Positions 49,222 through 61,863 of a stretch of 64,000 nucleotides of DNA are shown here, piece by piece. Each line of letters begins with the position of its first letter. The first letter of the stretch is position 1. The stretch comes from Novakomyces olei. Lineage: Eukaryota. Location of the stretch: NCBI GenBank assembly GCA_016906335.1, contig JADEYG010000004.1, positions 1,054,001-1,118,000 of the forward strand, read 5' to 3'. Below the pieces are notes generated by a model. It was not told the origin of the DNA. It saw nothing but the letters and a program-made list of their open reading frames with translations, and made no database searches. The position numbers and the translations under genes are program-made.

Positions 49222-51582
49222 TTATTTCCCAGTATTCTGACCATAGTTACCAGAATTTGCAGGTTCATGTACCCTTGAGGCCTCAGGAACAAAAGGTGCA
49301 GGGCTTGCTTGATTTTGTTTGAAGGCAGAACCGTTCTGTTGCGTAACTGAATGAGAACTCTGAATAGAATTCGGCTGTGTAAGATTTTTATAGTCCTTAA
49401 CATTAGAAACGATAGAAGAGCATGGATGCTGAGAAGGTTGCAAATGTATCCTCCCATTAGTATACTGATGGTAACTTTGATCATTTTGAGCAACTGCGCG
49501 AGGTATTTGAGCTGGCGAGTGCCCAATTGAAGTCTGGTCAGGTCCCTGTTTAGGAGTAGAAGCTATAGTAGTATTCTGACGAAACCCTTGTCCAGTCGCA
49601 GAGTCTACTGGCGCTTGCCTATCAATTTGATCCCTCGAAGGTGTAATTTCCTGTTCATTTTTTGGCCTTGGCAGTGATTGTGATTGTGACTGAAACTGAA
49701 ACTGAAACTGAGACTGAGGCGGAGGAGAATGACTTGTCTTTATAGACAAGCTAGGCTCGATCCTGTTTTGCAAAATCTCTGATGGATGTTGTTCTTTATT
49801 TTCACCAGATCCAGACAAATTGTTTACGGCCGGCTCAACTAGAGCCGATACAGGAATTCCTTCTTGTCCATTTGCAGCCAAATCCGAGACTGCCATAACT
49901 TTTGTAGGCGGAAAATTATTGTTGGATTCCTCTGTTTCCCTTTGAGCCGTTTTATCCTGATTTCCATTGGCTTCATTTGGCGGAAAAGACTGTTCCTGAC
50001 TCGTTGTATCCTTTTTGGCCTCTGCACCGATATCCTCAGTTTCAGGTTTAACCCGTAAAGCATCATCCTTTAAATTTGCTGGGGAGTCTTCATTTGATAC
50101 AGTCGTATCACGACTCTCAGACAACAGCCGTTTCATTTCACGCTCCTTTAACCTTTGTTCTCTCGTCAAAACATGCGAAGGAGAATCCATCTTTGCGTCT
50201 GGATTAGTAAGAGCTCTCCGTTGTCGCTCTTCACGCCTCATTGCTTCCTTTAATAGAGCCTCTTGTCTCTCTTGTTCCCTTCTTTCTGCTTCCTCACGCA
50301 GCCTCCGCTCATCACGATCTATAATTCGGCTTGACCGCTTGCGATTATATACAAGAGCCTCACGTAGCCGCTCCCGCTCTTGGCGCTCTCTTATTTTTTG
50401 CATTTTGAGTTCCTGCTCCTCTAGAATGGGCAGAATCTGGTCAGCAACGTATGCATAAAGCTCTTTCTCATCATCATTACGAGACGATTTTATTGATTTT
50501 GCAAACTTGCTCCAGTCTTCCAAGTTTGTGCAAATGCATTTCCAGTCTTTAACAATATTGAAAATGTCATTCTCTCCACTGCCGTCGTCGTCGCTGCTCT
50601 CGTCGATCACTCGTCGACTAGATCTTCGCTTTCTTTTAAAGCTTTTAACTTTTGTCGGCCTCGGTAATTCTTTGTCTGTGCGCCGGTATAGTCGGAAATC
50701 GTCCAGTACAAAATATATATTGTCCCGTGCATCTCTTCCGACTGGATCAAACCGCCATGATATTTCGCTGTCTGCGTCTGCGCCGAGACGAGCACGAAAC
50801 TTTTCTGCATTGACTAATTGCCATTCGCACAGCCAATGCAAAACATGAACCTGCAAAGTTGAGTAAATAGACAATAAACAGGATCAAAAGCGATTATGAA
50901 AGCACCGGAAAAAGTGTGTAAGAAAATATACATAAAAGTATTCATAGATTGATGAAATGAAAATAAACCGGTTTGAGCAAAAGCGTATTGAGAAAATGGC
51001 ATCATGAAATTTAAAAGATTAAAAACATTAAAGATAAAATAAATTTAATTGAAACGGTAGTAAACAAGACAGATTAATTGAATTTGCACCCGAAAATTAA
51101 GCGACAAAAACAAAAGTTACCTTTTCGCTATATGAGAGCGCAGCAAAAGGCACAGGCCCGTCCGGATCATGGAACGGGTTGTCAAACGGCCGGCGACGGT
51201 TAAATAGATTATGTGTGCTTTCCTCGACGTTTTCTGGACTATAGCGCATCAATTAGCGTCAGAGAAGAATGCAACGCGCGACGAGTGTTTACGTTATTTT
51301 GCTCGAAACAAGGCCGCCGGCTAGTGTGACCAGCAAATGGCGGATAGTAACAGGCTCAATCTGACCCAAAAGCTCTGCTTCAAAGCCCTATTATTGTTAG
51401 CACTCTAAAATGACGTGAAGACACACAAGAATGTCAAACTCATCCTTGAGCGTTAATAGCGACGAGCCAAACAATGAGATCCATTGAGTGACGGCCGCAA
51501 ACTCCGGAAGATTACGCAGCAGAGTTAAATCGTCTGTTAACGTCGGATCTGCCGTATTCTCTGTCGACGGTTTTTGCCGCAT
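49222..51582 (-). CDS. DDT/WHIM-domain chromatin protein (ISWI accessory, Ioc3/RSF1-like), 4 exons
   Basis: LRNLPEFAAVTQWISLFG, KVHVLHWLCEW (WHIM1-like), WRFDPVGRD...YFVLDDFRLY, WKCICTNLEDW, RKRSSRI. Confidence 0.75.
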
Positions 51583-52308
51583 GCCACTTTTCCTTTATCA
51601 AAGGCACTCGCGCAAGAGAGCCTAAAACGCGAAACTCAAGTCTAGAATAAGGAAGGATCTTTTGGCTATTTATTCAATTTCATTCATTGTTGTTTATATA
51701 ATTATAAATTACAATTATATTATTATATTATGATTAGTATATTTTTGTAATTTTATACAATGGCGAAATTATTATATTTCCGCATAATTATTGTGTTCCT
51801 ATATTTACTGTATAATTAATTTAAAGCGACAATATAATAAAATATACTCCATTGATTCGCATTTTGTTTAGGTCCACGCTTTCGTATACCAACTGAAGAT
51901 TACCTAATATAAACTGATAAAAGAATAAAGACACCGCAACCGCAGAAACACGGTACGGCTTTTGATCAAACTGTGCCATTATCGGCCATCGGCTTTGATC
52001 CTGTAAACGGGAACGGTCTCTCACGATCCTTTTCCGGTATTTTTCTGCTCAGGATCGAGAGCAGATCTTTTTTCCAGACGGAGGTTCCATTGTCGTTAGG
52101 AAGTTTGGCGGAGCAGAATTCAAATGTTACACACGAGATCTTGAACCGAGTGCCGTCTTGTGCACTGGCTGAACTATTATAAACTAATATTAAGAGCGCC
52201 AAACTGGGAGGCCAATAAAACGGAACAAGAAGAAACCGAGCAAGGGGAAGAAAAAGCAATCATAACAATTCTTTTGTTTTTGGTTCGCCCTTTAAACCCT
52301 CCAAAAGC

Positions 52309-55300
52309 ATGGCAGAAGCAGACGGAAACAAAAGCCCAGCGTCGCAGCGTATTCGAAGACGAGGCTCTTCGTCGGGCAGTGCTCGGTCTGTGAAAGAACA
52401 GCAAGATTTGGCAGTGAACAATACGAATTCGATGCCCAATCGGCCTCACAAGCCCGGATCGCCAATGGACACAAAACTGTCTCCCAATCCCAATGCAAAT
52501 GCTGCAGTCAGTCGTCCAGCGCTAACCGTTCGTACCCCCTCGAACACTTATGCTCCGCAGCGGAATCCTCGGGCCAGTACTGCCTCGGGATCAAGATCCT
52601 TTTCAAACATTTTTCTTCCACAGACATCGGCCTCGTCTCCAGCTGCTGCTAAAAGACACGTGATCCGTGATCCTGCCTCACAGTATCATGCGCAGGAGCG
52701 TTTGTACATGGAAAAAATAAACCAAAACAAGACTAGCGATCCGTCTCAAGCACATACGCTCTTTCCCGAAGCCGATTCCGATGAGGATAGCGACAGTGCA
52801 CACACAGAATCAAGCAGTGGAGGGCTTTCTGCGGACCGAGATTTGGCTTATTATGATCAGCAGCTTTATGCAGCAGCAAATGGCCACTACTATCCTCCAT
52901 CGGCAAGGCCATCTGCGCCGGGTAATGAACCCCCACAAATCATTGTGCCCGGGTACGATATCGATTTAAATCTACCAGAGAATCGAGAGCGGCTGGAATG
53001 GTATACGATGCTGGCGACTGTGCTCACTGGCGAAGTAGTTAAATCTGAGAAAAAGCGGATACTCGGGGCAACCAGTCAAAAGAGCAAAGATGACATAATG
53101 ACAGACGTTTGGCTCGGAGTTGGAGCCAAATATTACAATAGAACAATCGATCAGCACAGGATTGTTGTAACAAAGCTACGAGCTCAGATCGATAATGTGC
53201 TGAACGAAGTCATAGACTTTCAGGTAAAGGGCCATGATTTGACTGTAAACTCTCCGCAGCAACAAGTATCGGACATACTGCTTAAAGTCGGTAACTGTGA
53301 GTGCCTTTACCCTTCATTAGCGGCAATGACGGCAGACAAGCCAAAGTACGGACTGCCCGAGTTTCAGTACCGGCTGACTGCTTTGAATGCGTGGAAGACT
53401 GTCGTTGAAGGCATCCAGACCCAGTCTACTATGCTGCGCAATTGGATTGGCAATGACGAGTACGATATAACCAGATCAACGGCTCATGTTAGTGTGGCCG
53501 GTCTCGTGGATGAAAGCTCCTTCATTGAAAGAATTCTGAAAGAGAATGGACTGCAAAAGATGTTTGGCAGAAAATTACTGTCCAATATTCACGAGTTTGT
53601 TCTTAAAGTGAAACGGACATCGATTGAAAACTCGAATGCTTTTGAGCAAATGCATCTGCCCAATTACCTTGACGAACTATTAATCCTTGTTTCTTTCCCC
53701 ACAAAACTGATAGAAGAGACGTTGCAAATGAGGCTGCTGTACGCTAAACGGATCAAAGAGCCGACGCTCTTGATGGTCGATACCCTATTGGAAGACTTGC
53801 AAGTGCCTCTCAAATTTGCTGCACAGTTAAAAGACGAGTACCTGGACGTTTCTTCTCCTCAGCCGGGCTGGCACCTACCGCCTTCCCTCGATGAGAACTA
53901 TGATACAGTTTTCCTGGATGCGTTACATTTTTATTTTAAGCTACTGGGCCTTAAGCTTTGCAGCCCTAGCCAGACAATGCATTTTAAAGAGTTTGAAGTA
54001 CTGGAGGAGGAATGGGAGTTTGTTAAATCACTTTGCTACAGCTCCGAAGGCGTTGACCGATTAATGGCAGAGCAGTTTAGCTACCTTACGCATAAAATTC
54101 TGCAAAAAGTGATGCACTCCTTCCACGAGCAAGTGCAAAACCCTCCGTCTCGCGATGGCAATGAGATGACGATATTTTACAATAATCTGCTGGACTCTGT
54201 CCGGCTCAGGCACAGGAAGCTGGTCAGATTTTTCAGGATTATTGCAAATGCGTTTATGAACAGCAGCGAGTTTGTTATTGACCCGCAGGATACGCGTTTA
54301 CTGTACGACAGACTGGCAAAAGCGGGCTATGTCTTTATCTACTCGACCCAGCCAGAGTCGCCGCAGGATCTGGTCTACATCGCCGACCCCGTGGCGGCTC
54401 TCAACTTGTCTGGCATTGAAACGCTGGTCAATGGGTGTGTAGTGGTGGACGACGGGCCAACAGATCCGGCACCCCCGCATGTTGTGATTGTGAGGACGAG
54501 GGACAGGGAGCAGCAGCCTTCCTCCCTTTCGTGGGACGGCGCCATAGCGGAGGCCGATTTCAGTACGGCAGAGTCCGATGTAAGGGACGGGTGTGCTCGT
54601 GTCGTGACAGTAGGCGACCCAACAGCGGTTAAAATAGCGACAGACGCCTTTCTCGCTCTGGCGAGGGACCTTGTGCAGTACGTAAAGACGGACAAGAGAT
54701 CAAATTTAAAGCGCGTAAACGCAGAGCTCAACAAGACAAAGAAAGCGTCGTTACGGCTATCGACAGCGCTGATTGACTGTGTGGACGTGATCCGGAAGAT
54801 TGTACGGGACGCTCCTTGCCAGGATCTGATCCAAAACACGTTTACGTTTGCCACAGAGTTTGGGCAGAGAGTGCTCGGGTTCAATGCCCTAATTGACGCA
54901 CAGTCACGAGCCATTTTCCGTCAAAAGCTGGTCAATTTAGCACTCGAATGGGTCTCGTTTATATGTGACGACTGCGATCCAACGGACAGGAAGACCTTCC
55001 GCTGGACCGTTAACGCGCTCGAGTTTGCCGTTGCCCAAATCTCTGGTGCCACAATCCTCTATCTCTCGTCCGAGCAGTACTCTGTCCTGCGGCTCCGGGT
55101 GGCACGGTGCATGACGATCCTGATATCGCACTTTGACATTATGGGCGCCCGGTCGAGTCTGGCAGCGGCCAAGGCAGAGGGTCAGAAGCTGGAGCAGCAG
55201 ATGAAGAATAGTGGCAGTGGAAGTGGAAGTGGAAGTGGAATTTCAATTGGAAATGGCAGTGGAATTGGAATTGGAATTGGCAATGCCAATGCCAATGGAA

Positions 55301-56490
55301 ATGGCAGTGGAGACACAACAACGTCAGCGGCAGCTCTGTCGGCACTTTCGCTAGACACAGTGTACGAACCAGAGAGAGGGCATATAATGCAGCTTGTTCA
55401 GGCCGTGGAGGAGGAGAGACGCGACCGGTTCCCGAGCCAAGTCGCGTCTGGCCGAGTGATTGACGAGTCACTGTCAGAGAACCAGCACCTGACCCATCTC
55501 GCCTCGTCGCTGTCGAATATAACTATCAGGTGGCAGCAGGGCCGGTTTATAGGCGCAGGCACCTTTGGCAACGTCTATGCTGGAGTGAACCTCGACACTG
55601 GTGATGTAATGGCTGTAAAGGAGATCAAGCTGCACGATCCGCAGAGTACGAGTACGATAATGAAGTCTATAAGGGACGAAATGACAGTGCTGGAAATGCT
55701 CGACCACCCAAACATTGTATCCTACTATGGCGTAGAAGTGCACCGGGATAAAGTGTACATCTTTATGGAGTTTTGTGAGGGAGGATCGCTGGCCAACTTG
55801 TTGGAACACGGCCGAATAGAGGACGAGATGGTGATACAGGTTTATGCTCTGCAGATGCTGGAGGGACTCGCTTACCTCCACGAGCGTGGAATCGTGCACA
55901 GAGACATAAAGCCAGAGAATATCCTCCTCGACCGTAACGGTATTATAAAGTATAGTGATTTTGGAGCTGCCAAAGTGCTCGCTCAGCGGAGCACTATGCG
56001 CAGCCGCTCAACCGCTGGAACAGCAACAGCAACAGTAGTAGGAGCCAAAGTTGGAGGCAGCTCTAGCGGATCTGCTCTTGGAGGCGTTACGGGGACGCCG
56101 ATGTACATGTCGCCAGAGATAATCACAGGCTCAGCTCAGGGGAACCAAGGCGCCACGGATATATGGTCCCTCGGCTGCTGTATCGTCGAGCTCGCTATCG
56201 GCACTCGGCCCTGGTCGAACCTGGACAACGAGTGGGCTATCATGTACCACATCGCGGCAGGGCACTCGCCCAATTTGCCCACTACGGACCAGCTCAGCCA
56301 GGACGGGATCAATTTCATTAAACGCTGCTTCATTCGCGATCCCAGTAAACGGCCGTCTGCCGCTGAACTGCTCTGCGATCCTTACATCTTCTCTATCAGG
56401 GCCGAGGCTGGGATTGTCGGCATGTCCCCGGATACCTCAGAGGGCACTACGCCCTCGAGCGAGGCGTCCAGCGGGTTTGGCGGGGTTTAA
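52309..56490 (+). CDS. Stress-activated MAP kinase kinase kinase (Ssk2/Wis4/Win1 family)
   Basis: RERLEWYTMLATVLTGEVVKSEKKR, LISHFDIMGARS, kinase domain WQQGRFIGAGTFG...HRDIKPEN...DFG...GTPMYMSPE...NLDNEWAIMYHI. Confidence 0.97.
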   Translation: MAEADGNKSPASQRIRRRGSSSGSARSVKEQQDLAVNNTNSMPNRPHKPGSPMDTKLSPNPNANAAVSRPALTVRTPSNTYAPQRNPRASTASGSRSFSNIFLPQTSASSPAAAKRHVIRDPASQYHAQERLYMEKINQNKTSDPSQAHTLFPEADSDEDSDSAHTESSSGGLSADRDLAYYDQQLYAAANGHYYPPSARPSAPGNEPPQIIVPGYDIDLNLPENRERLEWYTMLATVLTGEVVKSEKKRILGATSQKSKDDIMTDVWLGVGAKYYNRTIDQHRIVVTKLRAQIDNVLNEVIDFQVKGHDLTVNSPQQQVSDILLKVGNCECLYPSLAAMTADKPKYGLPEFQYRLTALNAWKTVVEGIQTQSTMLRNWIGNDEYDITRSTAHVSVAGLVDESSFIERILKENGLQKMFGRKLLSNIHEFVLKVKRTSIENSNAFEQMHLPNYLDELLILVSFPTKLIEETLQMRLLYAKRIKEPTLLMVDTLLEDLQVPLKFAAQLKDEYLDVSSPQPGWHLPPSLDENYDTVFLDALHFYFKLLGLKLCSPSQTMHFKEFEVLEEEWEFVKSLCYSSEGVDRLMAEQFSYLTHKILQKVMHSFHEQVQNPPSRDGNEMTIFYNNLLDSVRLRHRKLVRFFRIIANAFMNSSEFVIDPQDTRLLYDRLAKAGYVFIYSTQPESPQDLVYIADPVAALNLSGIETLVNGCVVVDDGPTDPAPPHVVIVRTRDREQQPSSLSWDGAIAEADFSTAESDVRDGCARVVTVGDPTAVKIATDAFLALARDLVQYVKTDKRSNLKRVNAELNKTKKASLRLSTALIDCVDVIRKIVRDAPCQDLIQNTFTFATEFGQRVLGFNALIDAQSRAIFRQKLVNLALEWVSFICDDCDPTDRKTFRWTVNALEFAVAQISGATILYLSSEQYSVLRLRVARCMTILISHFDIMGARSSLAAAKAEGQKLEQQMKNSGSGSGSGSGISIGNGSGIGIGIGNANANGNGSGDTTTSAAALSALSLDTVYEPERGHIMQLVQAVEEERRDRFPSQVASGRVIDESLSENQHLTHLASSLSNITIRWQQGRFIGAGTFGNVYAGVNLDTGDVMAVKEIKLHDPQSTSTIMKSIRDEMTVLEMLDHPNIVSYYGVEVHRDKVYIFMEFCEGGSLANLLEHGRIEDEMVIQVYALQMLEGLAYLHERGIVHRDIKPENILLDRNGIIKYSDFGAAKVLAQRSTMRSRSTAGTATATVVGAKVGGSSSGSALGGVTGTPMYMSPEIITGSAQGNQGATDIWSLGCCIVELAIGTRPWSNLDNEWAIMYHIAAGHSPNLPTTDQLSQDGINFIKRCFIRDPSKRPSAAELLCDPYIFSIRAEAGIVGMSPDTSEGTTPSSEASSGFGGV

Positions 56491-56572
56491 TTGAGTCTAA
56501 TTGATTGGCAGATTGGTGGTAGCCTGCCGGGAAATGTTGTTCATACCCATATTGCTAAGCACATGTCTAAAT

Positions 56573-56658
56573 ATCAACTAGTAGAGCATTGAATAGTAGA
56601 CATCAACTAGTAGAGCATTGAATAGTAGTGTTAAATAGTAGAGCATTAAACAGTAGAG
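56573..56658. repeat. 29-bp-period tandem repeat (2 near-exact copies plus degenerate copies)
   Basis: ATCAACTAGTAGAGCATTGAATAGTAG twice, followed by TAGTAGAGCATTAAA. Confidence 0.85.
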
Positions 56659-56734
56659 AGTGTTAATTTTCAATATTAAAATATTCTATCAATTTGCTTT
56701 TCAATTTTTATTGATTGATAGATGCGCTAGTTGA

Positions 56735-56914
<180 letters not shown>

Positions 56915-56925
56915 CTATTTACTCA

Positions 56926-59900
56926 TTATTCATCAATCGCTCCACCATTTTCCGGAAACAGCTCGTCCAGAATCGTGTCAAACAGAAGCATAATAATATG
57001 GGTATTGAGAATCGGATTCTGGATCAGTCGAAACAGTTTAACAGACGTGTTTTGCGGCAGATATCGAGGGAAAACTGCGGCGAGTAGAATACTGGCTTCA
57101 GTATAAGCTTCGTTTCTTTCCCGCGATGAACGAACAGGCCTGGCTTTAAGCAGGTGTCCACCCGGCCAGACGATTTCTTTTACGCGCAAAAGGCAACCAA
57201 CAATACTCTCCTCCGACCCAAACTCTGCAATCACCTCGCGCGATCTCTTCTCGATCGTTCCACCAAACAGTTGCTGTAAAAAAGTCATCATAATATTAGG
57301 GTTTATCCATGTATACGTCTTGTCAAACTCGAAAAGCTCCATAAAAAACTCAACAATCCTTTTAACAAATACAGTTTCAGGCTCTGATTCATGGTCTGCG
57401 GGCCTTTCAGGCCCGTTTAAACCTGCGCCAGGATGATCAAGAGCCGTAGGTCTATGTAAATTTGAAGAGGAAGAAAAAGATGATGATGAAGGTTTAAAGG
57501 ACGATGATTGAGGCGAATTCGATTGTTGAGCAGGCAAAGAACGATGCACGCTTCGATCTGATTGCCGGACTCTGTTTACAGACGCAGCTTCCTCCATCAA
57601 AAGGTTGAACTTCGCTATTGCAGCCTTTGGCACATTGGCTTCAGGGACGCCTGCTTTGCTCCTTGCGAATACTCCTGGTTTCTGCGACAAAAAAGCTCGA
57701 AGCTCTCGGCTCCGGCACAATTGAGGATCCTGAACGCATTCCCTCAAATACTTTTCCAGATCAATTCGCCTTGATTCAACAAAGGACTTTTGCAGCTTCA
57801 TAATAACACGTTTAGGGGGCAAAGTGGACTTGACCCGGCCTTCGTACCGACCTTTAAGTGACTGATGAAGCATAAAAAACTCACTGTATCTGTGAGCGAC
57901 TCTCCAGCTCGCAGAGACAGATCCGTCTTCAGCTAGCCGCTCAACTCGGATTGTATAGAGCACGAACTCTGTGCCGTCCTGATCCCGATCGATAGAGGCC
58001 GTCAAATCAATATTGCACCGACCAAAGATATCATTTTCCCTCTCTTGCATTTCAAAATACCGTTTCTGTGTTTCCAAAAGTATTTTATCCGCCCTAATTG
58101 CGTTTATAGACTTGTTTAGTAGCTTTAATTCTTTTTGATTGTTTGTCAATTCGGCCTTTTTAAGCAGACCTTCAGCCATGGCCTCTTGCTGGGTTAAATT
58201 GTCGATATTATCAGCGATATCTGAGACAGTTTCCGACAGAATAAGGTCCCCAGGGAGAGCAGTGGCAAGTGCCACCGACTTTTGCGGGACCGATTCGGCG
58301 GCATTTTGATTTGTTTCATCTTTTTCCTTGCCAGCTGAAGTATTTTCTTTATTTTTCGTGCCATGCTCATCTTCGTCATTATCCATTTTATTGTTGTTTT
58401 CCTCGTCAGTCTCCCCGTCAATATCCTCTTCGTCCTGCCAAGTCCCACTCTCACCGAGGGCTGAATGGAGTGCATCATAAACCTCATTTTCATTCACGTT
58501 TTGATCGGTGGCATTTGCCAAGGCTTCAGATTGTTGAAGTTCATTTTGCATTGTTACGGGTGTCGAAACAGAAGCTGCTTGCTCCACATCAGCCGCACGC
58601 CAGACGGAGAGCAAACGGAAAAAAATCTCACTATTACAAAATGCCTTGTAGTCGACACTTTCCATGGCGGAGAAGGCCTTTGTCTGAGCAATGAATAAAT
58701 GGCGTCTTGCCTGCAAGTGAACGCGTCGATCATAAGACTCCAGGTTGAGATAGGCTTGCACTGCTTCGCGCACGGTAGGGTCCACATCGAGCAATGGTTC
58801 ATTGAAATAAGTCGTTGCAATTAAAAGGATATCTGCACGATCTTGGAACCCAGCGTTTACCGCAAAATTGTCGTCTGCATAAACGCCCTCCTCACTGTTG
58901 CACTCCTCCAGCGGCTCTTTTAATCCTTCCACAACCAACCAAAACTGGAGCAACTGCAGCCGGTTTATCCTTTCCATAAACTCTGTAAAATAAGAAAGAT
59001 CGGAGGGATTCGAAAGGATCTGGGATAGTGTCTTATAGCCCGCTGTTGCATCGGACCCACTGCCGGTAACGGATCCGTTGTCGGCTGTTGCCGAGGCAGA
59101 GGCAGGCCCAACCGTGCCTCCTCCTGTACCCCCACTTAGACCCCCACTCAGACCCCCATTCACCCCACTATTTAGGCCCCCACTATTTAGGCCCCCACTA
59201 TTTAGGCCCACGCTACTTGAGCTGTTTACAGCACCAATGCTCGTACCAGCAGCGACAGACGACGCAGCAATTGATGGCCCATCGCCCGCTAATCGCGCAA
59301 TCTGCTTTTCTATTCTTTGCTTTGCCCTAATAAGCCTCGCCTTGTATTGCAAAGGCGCATCGTAGCTCTCCAATTGGGCCAATTGCATATTTATCTCACT
59401 GCGCAGCCTGCGGGCCTCTGCCAGGGAAGCACAGTGCCTAATTGTCTCCATATACTGCGCAAAAACCTGAGCATTGTCCGTCGGCAGCAGTTTCCGCACC
59501 GGCAGCGCTCCCTGCACTCTCTCCTCCCCACGTCTTACATGGGCTTGTAAGACATGACGTAATCGAGCAAGCTGCCTCCTTTCCCTCACGAGTCCCCCAC
59601 ACGCTTGCACGAGCACCGTGTTCCACGTGTCCCCGTCCGCCACAACGGAAAGAACGGGCTCCGCTACGGCACAAGTAACCATTTCTACAAGCAGCAAAAG
59701 TAAAGGCCGAGCATTGCTCTCGTTTGGGGGTAAGAGCGAGTGTAGAATTCGTTTAATACGCGGCCGTAGTACAGACTGCTGCAACAGCTTTCTTTCTCCT
59801 CCCATTATTGCTCGAGCAGCGGCATGGACAGGCCCACCAGTCTCCTGCTGGTAGAGCTGCGTAAACACTATATCTACTTCCACTGACCCCGTAAGGGTGG

Positions 59901-60426
59901 CAGCGGTGGCGGCCCGGACGGACCGCTCTGACCGATCAAAAGCCCGTAGATGAGCCGTAACGAGGGGCAGTAGCCTTTCTATCAAAAGATCTGTCCATTG
60001 CACTCTTGAGCACTGGCGAATTACGTCATACGCAAACATGCGGAGGGTCCGCTCTACTGCACGCGTGAAATAGGGGTCCGGCCCGATACGCGGTGTCCAG
60101 GAATCTATGAAATCGCGCAACACGAGTCCGATGACCTCTGTCAAAAGGCTGTTTGCTTCTTCACTGAGAGGCTCATTCAGTAATGTTGCCTGCTGCTCGC
60201 GATCCAGCTCGCCCTGTAGCTTTTCGCGATACGCATACTGAGCCTCGTGAGAGCTGAGGTTAAGGCTCCGCAGTGCCGTGCCGCTACGCTCTGTGGGCGC
60301 ATAGCAATACAGAGCGATTGCGGTAAACGCAATCACGTACATACAAACAGACCGAAAAAATAATAGGGCGGAAAGCGCTGCGGCAGCCGCCAGCAGCCGC
60401 CGCACTGGCGCCGCAGAGTCTGCCAT
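56926..60426 (-). CDS. PXA-RGS-PX-NexinC sorting nexin (Mdm1/SNX14-like)
   Basis: N-terminal TM, PXA (VLRDFIDSW), RGS (LSYFTEFMER...LQFWLVVEG), PX (HRYSEFFMLHQSLK...LPPKR...RRIDLEKYL), NexinC (LQQLFGGTIEK...VWPGG). Confidence 0.95.
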   Translation of the reverse strand: MADSAAPVRRLLAAAAALSALLFFRSVCMYVIAFTAIALYCYAPTERSGTALRSLNLSSHEAQYAYREKLQGELDREQQATLLNEPLSEEANSLLTEVIGLVLRDFIDSWTPRIGPDPYFTRAVERTLRMFAYDVIRQCSRVQWTDLLIERLLPLVTAHLRAFDRSERSVRAATAATLTGSVEVDIVFTQLYQQETGGPVHAAARAIMGGERKLLQQSVLRPRIKRILHSLLPPNESNARPLLLLLVEMVTCAVAEPVLSVVADGDTWNTVLVQACGGLVRERRQLARLRHVLQAHVRRGEERVQGALPVRKLLPTDNAQVFAQYMETIRHCASLAEARRLRSEINMQLAQLESYDAPLQYKARLIRAKQRIEKQIARLAGDGPSIAASSVAAGTSIGAVNSSSSVGLNSGGLNSGGLNSGVNGGLSGGLSGGTGGGTVGPASASATADNGSVTGSGSDATAGYKTLSQILSNPSDLSYFTEFMERINRLQLLQFWLVVEGLKEPLEECNSEEGVYADDNFAVNAGFQDRADILLIATTYFNEPLLDVDPTVREAVQAYLNLESYDRRVHLQARRHLFIAQTKAFSAMESVDYKAFCNSEIFFRLLSVWRAADVEQAASVSTPVTMQNELQQSEALANATDQNVNENEVYDALHSALGESGTWQDEEDIDGETDEENNNKMDNDEDEHGTKNKENTSAGKEKDETNQNAAESVPQKSVALATALPGDLILSETVSDIADNIDNLTQQEAMAEGLLKKAELTNNQKELKLLNKSINAIRADKILLETQKRYFEMQERENDIFGRCNIDLTASIDRDQDGTEFVLYTIRVERLAEDGSVSASWRVAHRYSEFFMLHQSLKGRYEGRVKSTLPPKRVIMKLQKSFVESRRIDLEKYLRECVQDPQLCRSRELRAFLSQKPGVFARSKAGVPEANVPKAAIAKFNLLMEEAASVNRVRQSDRSVHRSLPAQQSNSPQSSSFKPSSSSFSSSSNLHRPTALDHPGAGLNGPERPADHESEPETVFVKRIVEFFMELFEFDKTYTWINPNIMMTFLQQLFGGTIEKRSREVIAEFGSEESIVGCLLRVKEIVWPGGHLLKARPVRSSRERNEAYTEASILLAAVFPRYLPQNTSVKLFRLIQNPILNTHIIMLLFDTILDELFPENGGAIDE

Positions 60427-60746
60427 ATCATGGTGTCAACGTCGCAACTACGCAACCCTAAACTGCACCATATAATATGCCCTGCTCGAATACGTGGACG
60501 GGGCCCGTCTACGTATCATTCGTTGCCCATATAACGAGAATTAATGGTTACTTGCCCACCACAGTGTGCTGCGCCTCTCATTGGTCGAGACATTATATAG
60601 TTCGTTTACTATGTACATTAAATGTATTAGAGTATTCACTTGCAAATAATAATCGAAATGCCTATAATAATCGAAATGCCTTTGCCTTTATTCAAGGCGC
60701 TTCTTTGTATATGCATAATAGTCCATCTTGGCGTCACTTTACGCGT

Positions 60747-61502
60747 CTAGTCACTGTCTGAACCATTAGTGCTAGCGTCGTCGAAGCTTTGAACGGTGTT
60801 GTAGTTTACGTCTAATTCATCAATCTGTTCTTCCAATACATACTCGCCTCCGCGTCGTATATTCCCTTCGCTTAAAGTATCATCATTTTGTTTTGCCTCG
60901 TTCAACGTGTTCTCCTCCTCTCCAGCTAGCGCATCATCTTCCTCCTTAGCGAGCGAGTCATCCTCTTCGTCTTCTTCTTCTTCTTCTTCGTCTTCTTCTT
61001 CTAGCGCGTCATCACTATCTCTTGCAGCACTGTCCTGCCCGGCTTGAAACGCGTCAACTGACACGTCTTTGTCTAGTCCTTCTGCTTTTCGCCGTTTCGT
61101 GGGCACATCACCGTTTTGTGCTTTTTCTATTTTTCCGGGGTGCAATATACCTGACGCGTTAATGCGCGTACTAGACAAATACGGCACTTTACCTTCGAGA
61201 TCTTGCTGTAAAGGCTTCTTCAAGAACAAAAGCTCAAGATCCGACAAAGTAGCCAATACATCATCGGGCGAAATTGTCTTGCGCCCACTCTGCTGTGCTC
61301 GATCGCTTCCACTATAAGATTAGTATCCAAGTTTCAAAGTGTCACCCTACGCTGCTGCCAAGTAACTGACCGTCAGCGTCGCGCACCGTCTTAATGCCTC
61401 TAACGCGTCAGATCTTAGCTTTGCGTTTTCTGGTAACCGCCGCTGCGCAATTCGACGCAAAATTGCCCGCGGCATTGCCAGGTCGTCGATTGTCGGCTCC
61501 AT
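60747..61502 (-). CDS. dpb4: Histone-fold DNA polymerase epsilon/CHRAC subunit Dpb4, 2 exons
   Basis: TIDDLAMPRAILRRIA...LP..AKLRSDA..ALRRCAT..VSYL, 39-nt intron 61350-61312, GRKTISPDDVLATL, acidic tail. Confidence 0.85.
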
Positions 61503-61852
61503 AAGATTCAAGAGCTGAACATCTGCTAGATTAATTGTAATAAATATATTTAAATCATTAATATTCACGATATCCATCCTACAATAATTTGTTATTCTAG
61601 TGCTATTCTATGTGTTCAGTAACGCTACCAGCAAGCGAGAGCTTACGTAATCTATCTTGCGGCGAACTTTTTGATAGCAGCGAGCAAAGACACTTATCTC
61701 TTCCGAACTATTAATTATTCGTCTCCATAACATTCAACGGCTTGCATTACTTAATATTCTGCTTACTTACTTGTTGACTTGTATGCTTAGATGCTTAATG
61801 CTCTGGGAAAGATCAGGCTCATTACTTGTGATATGTAAAAGTTATCCGTCCT

Positions 61853-61863
61853 ACGCGACGCGT
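61853..61863. promoter_or_regulatory. Tandem MCB-like element in the dpb4/beta-tubulin divergent promoter
   Basis: ACGCGACGCGT. Confidence 0.45.
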